Shown piece after piece: positions 12,701-22,826 of a stretch of 64,000 bases of DNA (its first letter is position 1; every line of letters starts with the position of its first letter). The translations under genes were made by a program, and so were the position numbers. Under the pieces are notes generated by a model. The model did no database searches and was not told the origin of the DNA. It worked only from the letters and a program-made list of their open reading frames with translations. Source of the DNA: Phyllosticta citribraziliensis (Eukaryota); NCBI RefSeq assembly GCF_038025025.1, contig NW_027117341.1, positions 1,364,001 to 1,428,000 of the forward strand, written 5' to 3'.

Positions 12701-13093
12701 AACAACAACGATGACGGCAACGGCAGTGGTGATCCCATGAGCGGCAGCAAGGCCAGTACTGGTGTGAACCTTACGGCCATGGGTGTCGCTATGGGCACCA
12801 TTGCTGGTGTTTCCGTGTACGGAGCCGGTATGATCTTTGTCGCTCGCCGCTACAAGAACAAAAAGGCAAGGCACGAGCGTTCAAGCTCTGTCCCTTCTTC
12901 AGGTGGCGCTGCTGGCCTCGGCTACGGTTCTTCGGGCAGTGGTCCTTGGATGTCTGGAGCCAGAGGAGGTCGCAACACGCCTGGTGGTAGAAACAGTCGA
13001 GGAAGCAACCAGAGCAGCAGCAACGGCCGAAGCGTACGAACCGCCCAGATTTCCGCCCCCGTCATGGCCGAGAACTCGCTGGGCTGGAACTAA
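9773..13093 (+). CDS. MSB2: Msb2/Hkr1-family signalling mucin, 1106 aa, intronless CDS
   Basis: N-terminal signal peptide, long S/T/P mucin region, HMH-like domain (IQIGFKRGFNWPFVV...), one TM helix (AMGVAMGTIAGVSVYGAGMIFVA) followed by RRYK, and the typical tail RTAQISAPVMAENSLGWN. Confidence 0.92.
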   Translation: MKVDSLTWAAIALLSFQGVVAEAAPAQARRDAPKKPKYYFPRHVKRFTNTTTPISTAPETNPPPTTNPIQTSRTDLQSILESLSKTELASILSSTPASTPTPPQPEPVVPTSSVNSTTEFVIPGTSGTSTIIDQASTNQVSPPATTPAIYTPTPTTPIPTTSTPTPVETSPVSSFSGTGSASVPVIQPTTPKEEESKTTPTGTSTPVNSPPTSFVGTGSVTVPVVKPTPEGSSTSALGTPETPKSSVTGTGGVSIPIVQPTPATPESSTTPTPKASSTTGTGGILQPILTPVESLLGSSGIVSPVTSLLGTGGILSPVLQPTTSSSPTPVETKPGETSKSSAVGTGGVSSPTVLPTTPSSQTPAIVPTPGTSATGTGGGNVPIVQPTSGAPSVQTPGKQSSTGTGIIVGLSTIIDSSSSSSKPGTPGTPAPQVPPTPTSSSSNGGGLLGGLTSELGNVGTGLNSVLTPLATPLGGLTSEIGSVVSPLTSEIGSIVTPIATPLSSLVGSAGSAIESILTPSSKPAAATPGPATGATGTETNVTAPTPAPTSSEGLGIIPLPLTSELSSILSGVNSIVTSAGTILTPILSPPPVPTETQVTPSSIGSKTTGSPDLLSSLLGTPLVSLPLPLPTTPIIPLSSPTTVDLSSLLSSLTEIPASSQFTPSSQPKPTPVLTPTLVSPGISTSVTPSGTAPVISPTETITPTSTKLPSPPTTPIIIPTVPFSETLITPTPTTVSSSSSSSSAVVVVPPVQTSSSVEVPSTTLAPTTTSPTTSATPVYSIVPTGTDSATTYTVATSIVFDPSTTGTSSAAPSSTSTVYPKFIAPPGGMPEQPANSTEIQIGFKRGFNWPFVVQHADTTGWQLTTYMPIAVADGLGISRDKVKTVTLTSYNTTEKLGYVSTLVLMYIPTELVDTLHLDLLNTNSAIYNNKDASLGDTINFLCSFIDPTFPILAGDLSGLTGSGNSGSGSSSKNGGSNNNDDGNGSGDPMSGSKASTGVNLTAMGVAMGTIAGVSVYGAGMIFVARRYKNKKARHERSSSVPSSGGAAGLGYGSSGSGPWMSGARGGRNTPGGRNSRGSNQSSSNGRSVRTAQISAPVMAENSLGWN

Positions 13094-14039
13094 ACGTCTG
13101 CGGTCGGTCGCATCATTTCTCACGGCCTTGTAGGCGTACGAGGTCACGTTCACTGTATCATATTTGCGAAAAGAGGTGGAGAAAGGGGCAGTGGGCTCGT
13201 GATTCGACGTCATTCTCGATCTACGCCGCGTTGCCCTTGAGCCCCAGATGAGAAGCCCTCATCTGCTGAACCCCCGCCTTCTCACACGTCGCTCATTGTT
13301 CCCCCTCCACCTTCGCCCATTTCCTTGTTTCTGATCTGTCATTATGCATTTTTTGTGGTCACATCACACATTCAGCAGCCAGCGCGCGGTATCCATACCA
13401 TTACTATGCCATTTTTTTCCTTTTCCCCTTCTTAGATACCTGTCTACGACTTCGACCACCAAGAAGCTAGACTGTTTTATTTATTCCTCAAACTTACGAT
13501 GGAGCAAATGTCACAAGAGTATGGGGGGCTTCGCATGTGTTTTTGATGGCGGCCCGCAAGAAAAAAACAGCTCGAGATGGCGGCGGAAGACTCGGCTGAT
13601 GTCAAGTACATACTCAAAGATTAGGATTGGAGGATACCTTAGCATGTAGTGAATGAAAGAAGAAGCTGTCGAACTCGAATTGCTTGAATTGTTGTGCTCG
13701 AGTGTCGTGGAAACGAACGGACTGCTCGTCACCGGCGGAACAGGTTGGGAGGGAGGCTCCGAAATCTTGGCGCGGCCCGAGTCGACACCTCCGCCAACGT
13801 GCCCCCGAAGCTACGTCTCCAATACCAGCCCGCGGCACCAACAATTACACTCCACGCAGCTGCCCTGCGCCCTCACTCCACCACTTCGTTTGCGCAGCGG
13901 CATCCAACACCCAGTCGCAACATTTCCGCCTCGATTTGACTGGCTGTGTGCGCACCACAAGCCACGTCTCCGATTCAACCAGCTCGCCATCCCCTTGCCG
14001 CGGTGCAACAATCAGCCCTGAGACACACATACGCCCACC

Positions 14040-17000
14040 ATGAGGCTCGACGTAAAGGTACGGCTGGACTGCCATCTGCGATGCAACTACACCTGTCCCG
14101 ATTGGCATTGCAAGCTCGCAAGCAAACATGGGCTCCCTGGGCGGGAGCTTTCTTCCCACTTCGAATGGAAGCACAACAACTAATTCGAACATTGCGCTGC
14201 AGAGACAACTCTTTGCCAGGAGTGAACGTGTCAAGGGCATTGATTTCCACCCGACGGAGCCATGGGTCCTCACCACATTGTACAGCGGTATGTCGAAGCG
14301 CAAGATCGAGGATGAGGGAAAGTCGAGAAGCTCACACCAACGCAGGCCACTGTCACATTTGGTCATATGAGACACAGGCAAGTCTTCTCTGGGGAGCGAA
14401 ATACCAAGATTTGCCATTGACACGATAGCAACGTAGGCCATCGTCAAGACGTTTGAATTGTGCGACGTTCCCGTCCGCGCCGGCCGCTTTATTGCCCGCA
14501 AGAACTGGATCGTGTGCGGTTCCGACGACTTTCAACTTCGCGTATACAACTACAACACGTCCGAGAAGATTACGAGCTTCGAAGCCCACCCTGACTACAT
14601 TCGTGCGATATGCGTCCACCCGAATCAGCCGTTCGTCCTGACGGCGTCGGACGACATGACCATCAAGCTGTGGGATTGGGAGCGAGGCTGGAAGTGCGTT
14701 CAGGTCTTTGAAGGCCACGCGCACTACGTCATGGGCCTTGCCATCAACCCCAAGGACACCAACACGTTTGCGTCGGCATGTCTTGACAGGTATGGCGGTC
14801 GAATCTGGCGGAGCTGGCAGGATACTGATGGAACGACAGGACCGTCAAGATTTGGAGCTTGGGCTCACCCCAGCCCCGATTCACACTCGAAGCACACGAG
14901 ACCAAGGGCGTCAACCACGTCGACTACTACCCGCAATCCGACAAGCCCTACCTCCTCACCACGTCAGACGACCGGACCGTCAAGGTGTGGGATTACACTA
15001 CAAAGGCGCTGATTGCGACTCTCGAAGGCCACACCAGCAACGTTTCTTTCGCCGTCTACCACCCAGAACTCCCCGTCATCATTTCTGGTTCCGAAGATGG
15101 CACGGTCAAGATTTGGCACGCCAATACCTACCGTCTCGAGCAGTCGCTCAACTATGGCCTGGAGCGCGCTTGGTGTGTAAGCTACCAGCGCGGCAGGCAA
15201 GGTGTGGCAGTTGGTTTCGATGACGGCGCAGTGGTTGTCAAGATGGGTCGCGAGGAGCCTGCGGTGAGCATGGATGCCAATGGCAAAATCATCTGGGCAA
15301 AGCACTCGGAAATTCTGTCTGCAGTCATCAAGGGCGTCGAGAGCCTGAACGACGGAGAATACCTGACCCTACCAGCCAAGGACCTTGGCTCCACTGAAAT
15401 TTACCCGCAAACGCTGACCCACTCGCCAAACGGTCGTTTCGTCGCCGTCTGTGGTGATGGCGAGTACATCATCTACACTGCGCTTGCCCTGCGCAACCAG
15501 GCTTTTGGCTCTGCTCTTGATTTCGCCTGGGCATCAAAGGAAAACGACAAGGACTACGCCATTCGAGAATCAGCAACCAGCGTCAAAATCTTCCGCAACT
15601 TCAAGGTCAAGAGCAACGGCAGTCTGAATGTGGGCTACCAGGCCGATGGACTTAGCGGTGGCACTTTGCTTGGTGTCAAGGGTCAAGGCGGCATTGGCTT
15701 CTTCGACTGGGAGTCTGGTCAACTCGTCAGGAGGATCGAGGTTGAGCCCACGAACGTGAGTTGAGGCTTATTCGTTCCAGGGCGTCGGCTTACAATGGCA
15801 GGTCTACTGGTCGGAAAATGGCGAGCTGGTCACCCTCGCCTGCGAAGACACTTACTACGTCCTCCGGTTTTCGCGTGACGACTACATCACTGCCCTTCAG
15901 GCGGGCGAGGTCGACGAGGATGGCGTCGAGGCCGCTTTCGAAGTCATTACCGATGTCAACGAGAGGTGGGTTTTTGCGAATGTTCAATGGATAAAATGAC
16001 TAACTGTCTTCAGCGTCCGGACCGGTCAGTGGGTAGGCGACTGCTTTGTGTACACAAACAGCACCAACAGACTCAACTACCTCGTCGGTGATCAAACCTA
16101 CACCGTCGCCCACTTTGACACTCCGGTTTACGTGTTGGGCTACCTGCCGCGCGATGGCCGCGTCTACATTTGCAACAAGGATGTTGGCGTCATGTCGTAT
16201 GCTCTCTCTCTTTCCGTTATCGAGTACCAAACATTGGTGCTGCGCGGGGAGCTCGAGACGGCCATGGAGATGCTCGGCGACATCCCGGCCGACCAAAAGA
16301 GCAAGATTGCGCGCTTCCTTGAAGGCCAGGGCTATAAGGAGGAAGCTCTCGACGTGGCCACGGACGACGAGCACCGCTTCGACCTGTCGCTTTCCCTCGG
16401 TAAACTCGACATTGCACTCGAGCTTGCGCGCAAAGCCGACGTCGAACACAAGTGGAAAACAGTGGGCGACACGGCGCTGGCGGCATGGCAGATGCGGCTG
16501 GCCGAGGAGTGCTTCACGCACGCCAAGGACCTGGGCTCGCTGCTACTGCTACACAGCTCGACCAACAACGCGGCGGGGCTGCGCCAGCTGGCGTCGCTCG
16601 CCGAGCAGCAGTCGGCGCACAACGTGGCCTTTTCGTGCCTGTGGCAAGTCGGCGACGTCGACGCGTGCATCGACCTGCTCGTTCAGACGGCGCGCGTGCC
16701 CGAGGCCGTCCTCTTCGCGCAAACGTACAAGCCCTCGCGCTGCCCGGGCCTCGTCAAGCGCTGGAAGGCGCTGCTCGAGCGCGACGGCAAGGCAAAGGTC
16801 GCGCGGCTCCTGGGCCAGCCGCCGGGCCCCGTCCCAGCCTCGATCAACGTCGACGACGCCCCCGATAGCCTCGACCCGTCGTCGGTGGCGGCCGAGGCGG
16901 CCAAGGAGGCGGCCGCGGCCGCGGCCAAGGTCGAGCTCGTCGACGAGGCTGGCGACGCCGACATGTTCCCCGAGTGGGACGAGTGGCTGCGGCTCGAGCG

Positions 17001-17214
17001 CGAGGGCGGCAGCGTCAAGCTCGTCGACGTCGAGAGCGAGGAGGAGGAGGCGCCGCAGGAGGCCATCCGCGAGGCCGAGGAGGTCGTCGCGCTGGCTGAG
17101 GAGCAGCAGGAGGTCGACGACACCAATGGCGACGACGCCCAACCTGATGCTGAGGAGGCAGATGATGCTGCCGACGTAGAGGACGAGGCGGCGCCTGCGG
17201 AAGAGGAGGAGTAG
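14040..17214 (+). CDS. SEC27: Coatomer subunit beta' (WD40), 7 exons
   Basis: [27 protein letters not shown]...; introns 14058-14202, 14288-14345, 14378-14436 (GC-AG), 14790-14839, 15756-15801 and 15966-16013 give a continuous beta'-COP sequence. Confidence 0.96.
14378..14436 (+). other. Non-canonical GC-AG intron in SEC27
   Basis: CAG|GCAAGT donor, TTGAC branch and CGTAG acceptor; removing it joins WSYETQ to [14 protein letters not shown]. Confidence 0.85.
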
Positions 17215-17257
17215 GGGAGGTCTTTTGCTGGACTGCGCGCTTGTTTGTAGTTCTTGG

Positions 17258-17284
17258 GTGTGTGTGTGTGTGTGTGTGTGTGTG
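17258..17284. repeat. (GT)n microsatellite in the SEC27 3' region
   Basis: Run of GT dinucleotides seen directly. Confidence 0.95.
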
Positions 17285-17856
17285 CGTTGCGTTGGGTTGA
17301 TTGCGCCGTACCTACCTGATGTTCGAACTGGCAGAACAAGGGGATTCGATGTCGGCGCGAGCAGTGCTGTGTGGTGTCACTAAACCCCCGAGTACGTAGT
17401 AGTCAGTCAGTCGTCAGCCAGCCAGTTGAGATATTATTGTGAATCGTTTCTACTTTCGTCTGTCGGTCCTTCGTCACGCGTCACATGCTCGATGTTGTTG
17501 TGTGCAGTTGTCATCTTCACAATGCGTGAATAGCCATCCTAGGACACGTTTGTCTTCTTCGTGTCTCTATTTGGAAATGTTGAGCACGCCGGAAAAGTGT
17601 ATGTTATACAGAGAACACGGATGAGTGGGAGGATAGCGTGACGAAATGTTGATGCGAGATGATATTCAAGAACGATGAGTAGCGGGGTGGTATCCATATA
17701 TGCAAGTCTGCGGCAGCCAACCAGGCAGGTAAAAGAGCTCTTGAGCTCTGGCGACGAATCTTCTTCTCTTGTCTTCCTCTTCCTCTATGCCTCCCCTCTA
17801 CATCCTCCTTCTTTCCCTCTTACCTAGGTAATCTTGCTTCTCGCTCCTGCTCCGCT

Positions 17857-19017
17857 CTACAACTCCTTCTTCTCCTTTGCAGCGCCTGCCTGCGCCTCGC
17901 TCTGCAGCAGCTGGCTGCGGCCAGTGGGCGGACTGCTCGCAACGGCGCCGGGCCCCCCGACGGCCGCGAAGCCCTGGTGGAACGCCCATTCGACGGCATG
18001 TTCGACGGGCTCGTCGAAGATGTAGGGGAGGAACGGGACGACGGCGAGACCGAGCTGGGAGGAGGTTAACTATGTGTCTTCAGGAGCGGGGAAGTGGATG
18101 CGGGAGTTGGCTATGTATGTACTGACCCCAATAGGTCCCCACGTTCTCAGCTTGACGTTCTTGACGCCCTTCATGGCGCGCCCTGAGTACTTGACCACGC
18201 TGTGGATGGTGAAGGCGGGCAGGCCCATGCTGGCTAGCCCCTGGAAAATCGCCCGCTGCGCCATCACCGTCCGGTAGTCGTCGAGCGCCGGGACGCGCGC
18301 CACGGCGCCGTCAGCGCCCGTCGACGGGCCGGTGACTCCAGGGCCCAATTTCGTCGACGCGGGCGCGGCCGGCGCGTGCTTGTCAGAGCTCGTCGTCGAC
18401 GCCGCGACGGTCGATGCGGAGGCGCCACCCGGTGACGACGACGCCGCCGCGGCCGCCGACTGAGGGTTCAGCACGCGCTGGTTGCGCAGGTAGGCCTTGT
18501 AGCCCTCGTGCGCCACGTCGCCAGCCAGGTAGGCCCACGACACGCCGTAGGCGGCGCGGATGAGGTGCGGGTGGGCGACGGGGCGGAAGGATTCGCCAAT
18601 GTCGCTCGTGTAGGCGACGTAGCGGTGCGCGGAGGTGAGGATGGTGCGGACGCGCGAGGCGTAGGCTGCGTAGCGGACGGAGGAGTCGGTGGACTCGGGT
18701 GATCTAGGAGAGGGGGCATCGTGAGTAGGGGCATTGGTTGGGAGGCGGTGATGGGATGAGAATGAGGGGAGCTGAGGGCTACAGCTCACTGTCGCGCTGC
18801 TGATGCGAACGTGGTGAAGGAAGAGGGCGAGGGCGACTCACTTTCCCTCGTACAGTGTTTCCCACAGCTTTTCTTCATTGTCTAGCCTCTCTTGCAGGTA
18901 CGCTGGTAATGCCCTTTTCTCTGGCGGCTTGCTGAAGTCCGGCCGAGGCTCTTGTCGCTCGTGAGGCACATCGTCGCCTGTGTAGTTTCGGTTGTTTTCG
19001 TCTTTGCCCTTGGACAT
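17857..19017 (-). CDS. MTP18: Mitochondrial fission process protein MTP18/MTFP1 family, 3 exons
   Basis: STDSSVRYAAY...RYVAYTSDIGESFRPVAHP...YGVSWAYLAGDV and FQGLASMGLPAFTIHSVV...PIG|LGLAVVPFLPYIFDEPVEHAVE; introns 18704-18841 and 18055-18126. Confidence 0.9.
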
Positions 19018-19399
19018 GGTGAGTGGAAGGTAGTGAAGTGGAGGGAGCAGACGAATGACTGGAAAGTGGTCGGACAAGGAACCAAGCTCACCTCAGCTAG
19101 CAGTCACGTCCGCCGTCCGCAGGGCTCCGGGATGCCGCTTGCAGGCAAAGCGGCGCGCCAATAAATGACGAAGTTCCATCGCAATCCACGGGCAACTGGA
19201 GTGGTCGTGGCGGTGCTTCATCCCCTCAGCCACATCAGATTAGATCGGTGGCTGCCTTAGTCATCCGTCATCGGGGAAGCACCGCACCGGCAGCGCAGCG
19301 CAGAGCTCGAGGGCAAGCAGACGCCATCAAGCTGCCAACCGAACCCAATTGACCCGCCCACTCCCCCATCGCCGCTCTTCCTCTCCCGCCCTCGCAAAC

Positions 19400-19829
19400 A
19401 TGGTCCAATACTACCAGATTGCCGGCCGCAAGGTCGGCTCCCACGTCGTACGTTTGCTCCTCAGCCCGCGCGCAATTCCTGCCTGCCCGCCGCTGCTCCA
19501 CCCACCTCCAACTTCCCCACCGCCCAACACAACGCTAGCCCGCCGCTGTATGCAGACGTCGGTTCGGGCCGCAGAAGGCTAACTCGAGGTTCTGGCGTGT
19601 AGCTCTCCCTGGCTGTTCTCGGCTCGTTGTTTGGCGGCATCGCCCTGGCTACCGGCGGCAGCAAGGCCAAGAAGGCCGACAACATCCCTCCGATCAACGC
19701 TTCGAGCAAGGACGAGGAGAACTTTATCAAGTACGCGCCCGCCACCTCCTCCCCACCATTCAAACTTGCGCTGACGCGGTGGGCAACAGGGAGTTCCTCA
19801 AGGAGGCCGAGGGCGAGAAGAAGCACTAA
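19400..19829 (+). CDS. ATP19: Mitochondrial ATP synthase subunit k, 3 exons
   Basis: MVQYYQIAGRKVGSHV|LSLAVLGSLFGG...PPINASSKDEENFIK|EFLKEAEGEKKH*; introns 19448-19602 and 19731-19789. Confidence 0.92.
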
Positions 19830-20126
19830 GCGTCGTGTCGGTGCAGACAAAAGTACACCCCCGCGGAAACTCGGAGCTGGAGTCGGGCTTGACCGAGGCT
19901 TTGCATCAAGGCATTCATAGTTGTTGGCCATTTGATGATGGTGGCAGTCTACTTACACACCTAGGCGGCTGCTAGGTGTGCGTGCGGGCGCCGGCAAACT
20001 GCTGCTGGCGCGGCTGTACATACAAACGGCTCATGTACCATCAACTGAATAGATGCCTCCCGCGAGCTCTACTTTTGAACTACTCTCGGCTACGTTTTCC
20101 TTCTCTGATCTTCTTGCGGACGTTTT

Positions 20127-21083
20127 TTAATGCCAAGTGATCTTTGGCCTTGCGTCTTGGGCAGCTGTTGCTTCGTCCGTTTCTGGTTCCACCAGCGGCA
20201 GTGAATGTGGCTTCTCCTGTGTTGCCGTGGCGTCGTTCGTCTGATTTGTCTCACTCGTCTCGTTCAGTGAGACTGCCCGATCTTGTGCAATTGGCTCACT
20301 TTGACTCTCGGCAACGACGATGTCGCTTCTACTCACAGCGCCAATTGCGTCGCCGAGTCGAGATGGAGCGTCGACCTGGCTCGCAGCAGCAGCCGTGGGC
20401 GCTATACAGACAGCCGTAGCATAATTGCCGTCGTGAGAAATGCTAAGCTTTACTAACTGCCCCTCGAGGTCCTCGGCCTTGGCCGGCGCAGGGTTAAAGT
20501 TCTCGAGCGAGACTTGCGTGTCTAGATCGGCGAATTGAAAGCCAAACTTCTTGTGCAAATGTAGCTTCTGCTGGGGACTCATCACGCGAGGCTCGGCATG
20601 GACCACGGCTTGTGGCTGCTGGTGAGAGTCAAGAATTGAGCGTAGAATGGTGATTTGATGACGAGAAACGTTGCCTCCAAAGGCCTTGGATATTGCCTCC
20701 TTTGCTGCGAACCTGGGGGCGCAGTGAGCGCTCTGCACAGCTAGCACGCGGACTTGCGCTTCTTACCGTCCTGCTAGGTGAGCGTTTGTTGGATGCCATT
20801 CGCTGCTGGGCACTTTGTTGTCCACTTCGTAGACGGGCGATCTATTGTCGACTGCCAAGACGAACGGGAAGCGTTGCAAAAAGTGCAATATCTCGTCGTA
20901 GGTCATGAGGGTATGTAGGAAGCGCCGCAGCTTCGCGCGTTGCGATTGACCGCCGTGAGAGTGTTGTCTGAGCCCTTTTGCTCGTGACCTCCATCCGGTA
21001 TTGGACAGGACTTCTCGTATGCGACTAATGTCGCAAATATCGGTGCCCACGGACAGAGGCCACGGAAAGGGTCGTGGAGGCAT
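20127..21083 (-). CDS. AcpS-type 4'-phosphopantetheinyl transferase (PPT2/PptB-like, probably mitochondrial), 2 exons
   Basis: MPPRPFPWPLSVGTDICDISRI ... HLAGR|FAAKEAISKA ... VKLSISHDGNYATAV; intron 20713-20766. Confidence 0.85.
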
Positions 21084-21322
21084 GGCTTGTTGTGGCTGAG
21101 GCTGTGGAGTGGAGCTGGGGGAAGAATTTGGGGAGTAGACGCGCCCAGGGCAGTCGTATCCAGAACGCGCACAGGCGGTCCGGGTCCAGTGGTAGGTGCG
21201 ATGACGTCGCCTCAGGCCGCCGTTGGTCCGCCTGGGGAGCCCCAGACAGCACCAGAGTATATCTGACCTCTGGCTCCCTGTTCCCCTGCAACTGCCAGGT
21301 ATCAAACTCTATTCTGCACACA

Positions 21323-22505
21323 ATGACTTACAACAACTCCGTCGTTACAGCGACCCCCTGTGCTACCCCCGACCCTTTTGTCACCTGGCATGACGGGAAG
21401 TTCTTCCTGGTATGTCTTGGCCCTGCAGCTAGCTGCCCTTGCACGACTAACCATTGCTTGTAGACTTATACCGCCGGCGACCGCGTCGAGATCTGGTGCT
21501 CCGACAACATCCTCAACTTCCACAACCCCGAGAAGCATGTCATCTGGTATGTCTCTCCCTGCCCCGCTGCCGACCCCTCGACTAACTGCGGCCAGGCGCC
21601 CTCCTCCCCACACCGAGTACTCGGGCGGCATCTGGGCTCCGGAGCTCCATGCTCTAGACGGCCGTTGGTATGTCTACGTAGCCTGCGAAGACCCGAAGCA
21701 CGGAAACAAGAGCCATCGCATGTACGTGCTTGGCGGCCCCCCTGCCAACACAGATCCCTGCCGCGGACAATGGGAGATGCTGGGAAAGCTGCGCGGTGTC
21801 CCAGAGGACCAGTGGGCCATTGACGGTACCGTCATTATCCTCAACGGACAGCAGTACTTTGTCTACAGCGGATGGCCCCTCGGCGAGCACGACTCGGACA
21901 AGACGCAGGAGCTGTTCATCGTGCGCCTTCGCAATCCCGTCGAAGCAGACAACAGTCGCCCGCCCACCCGTCTCTCGCACCCGGATTTCCCCTGGGAAAG
22001 GAGCGGGCCTTCTGGCATCAACGAAGGTCCTCAGTGGCTTGCCTCGCTGGACGGTTCCTGGAGAGGTGTTGCGTACAGCTGCGCGGGATCGTGGACCAAG
22101 GACTACAAGATCAACACCATCCAGTACCTCGGCGGAGACCCGCTCGAGCTGTCGTCATGGCGCAAGAGTGACAAGCCTCTCATCGAGTCGCCGAACGGCT
22201 GTGGTGGACCCTGGGGCCCTGGACACGGTACTTTCATTCCCATTGGAAACGAAATCGTGGCCTTCTTCCACGGCACTGATAATGAGACCGACGGCTGGGG
22301 AAACCGCAAGGGTCGCTGCCAGCGGGTGCAATTCACTCACCATGGCCCAGATATGGGTGGTTGCGTAGGCAAGCAATGTGAAAGAATCGAAGACTTCGTG
22401 TCCGCAGGTTCACAGCAGCACCAGCGCGAGGGCTTCGAGGGCAAGCTGGAAAGCTTTCTCAACAAGGCCAAGGGTAAGATTGAAGACAAGCTGCGGGAGT
22501 TGTAG
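21323..22505 (+). CDS. Glycoside hydrolase family 43 (arabinofuranosidase-like), no signal peptide, 3 exons
   Basis: GH43 motifs PDPF, IWAPELH, WAIDGT, INEGP and GPGHG; introns 21410-21463 and 21547-21595. Confidence 0.9.
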
Positions 22506-22826
22506 TGGAGCATCAATCATGAGCATTGCGTGTGTAGAGGTGCATAAAGAATAGCATAGCAGCAAGCTTGAAATAGCACAAATACCAGCGAATCAAAAGG
22601 CATGTTTCGCACACGGACGCTAGGTACGCGGACAGCCCCTTAGATCGCCGGCTAGCCGGGGTGACGTTGGAGAGCTTGGCACCCGTCCAGTCCACCCAGG
22701 TACCTAACAAGAAATTCACTGCCTCACCCTCCCTTCCACCTCTTTACCTCACTTCCCGAAATCCCTTCCCCCGGATTTTTGTCTCCAGTACTCCTCGAGC
22801 GATTCGCTTCGCTCAACCCTACAACC

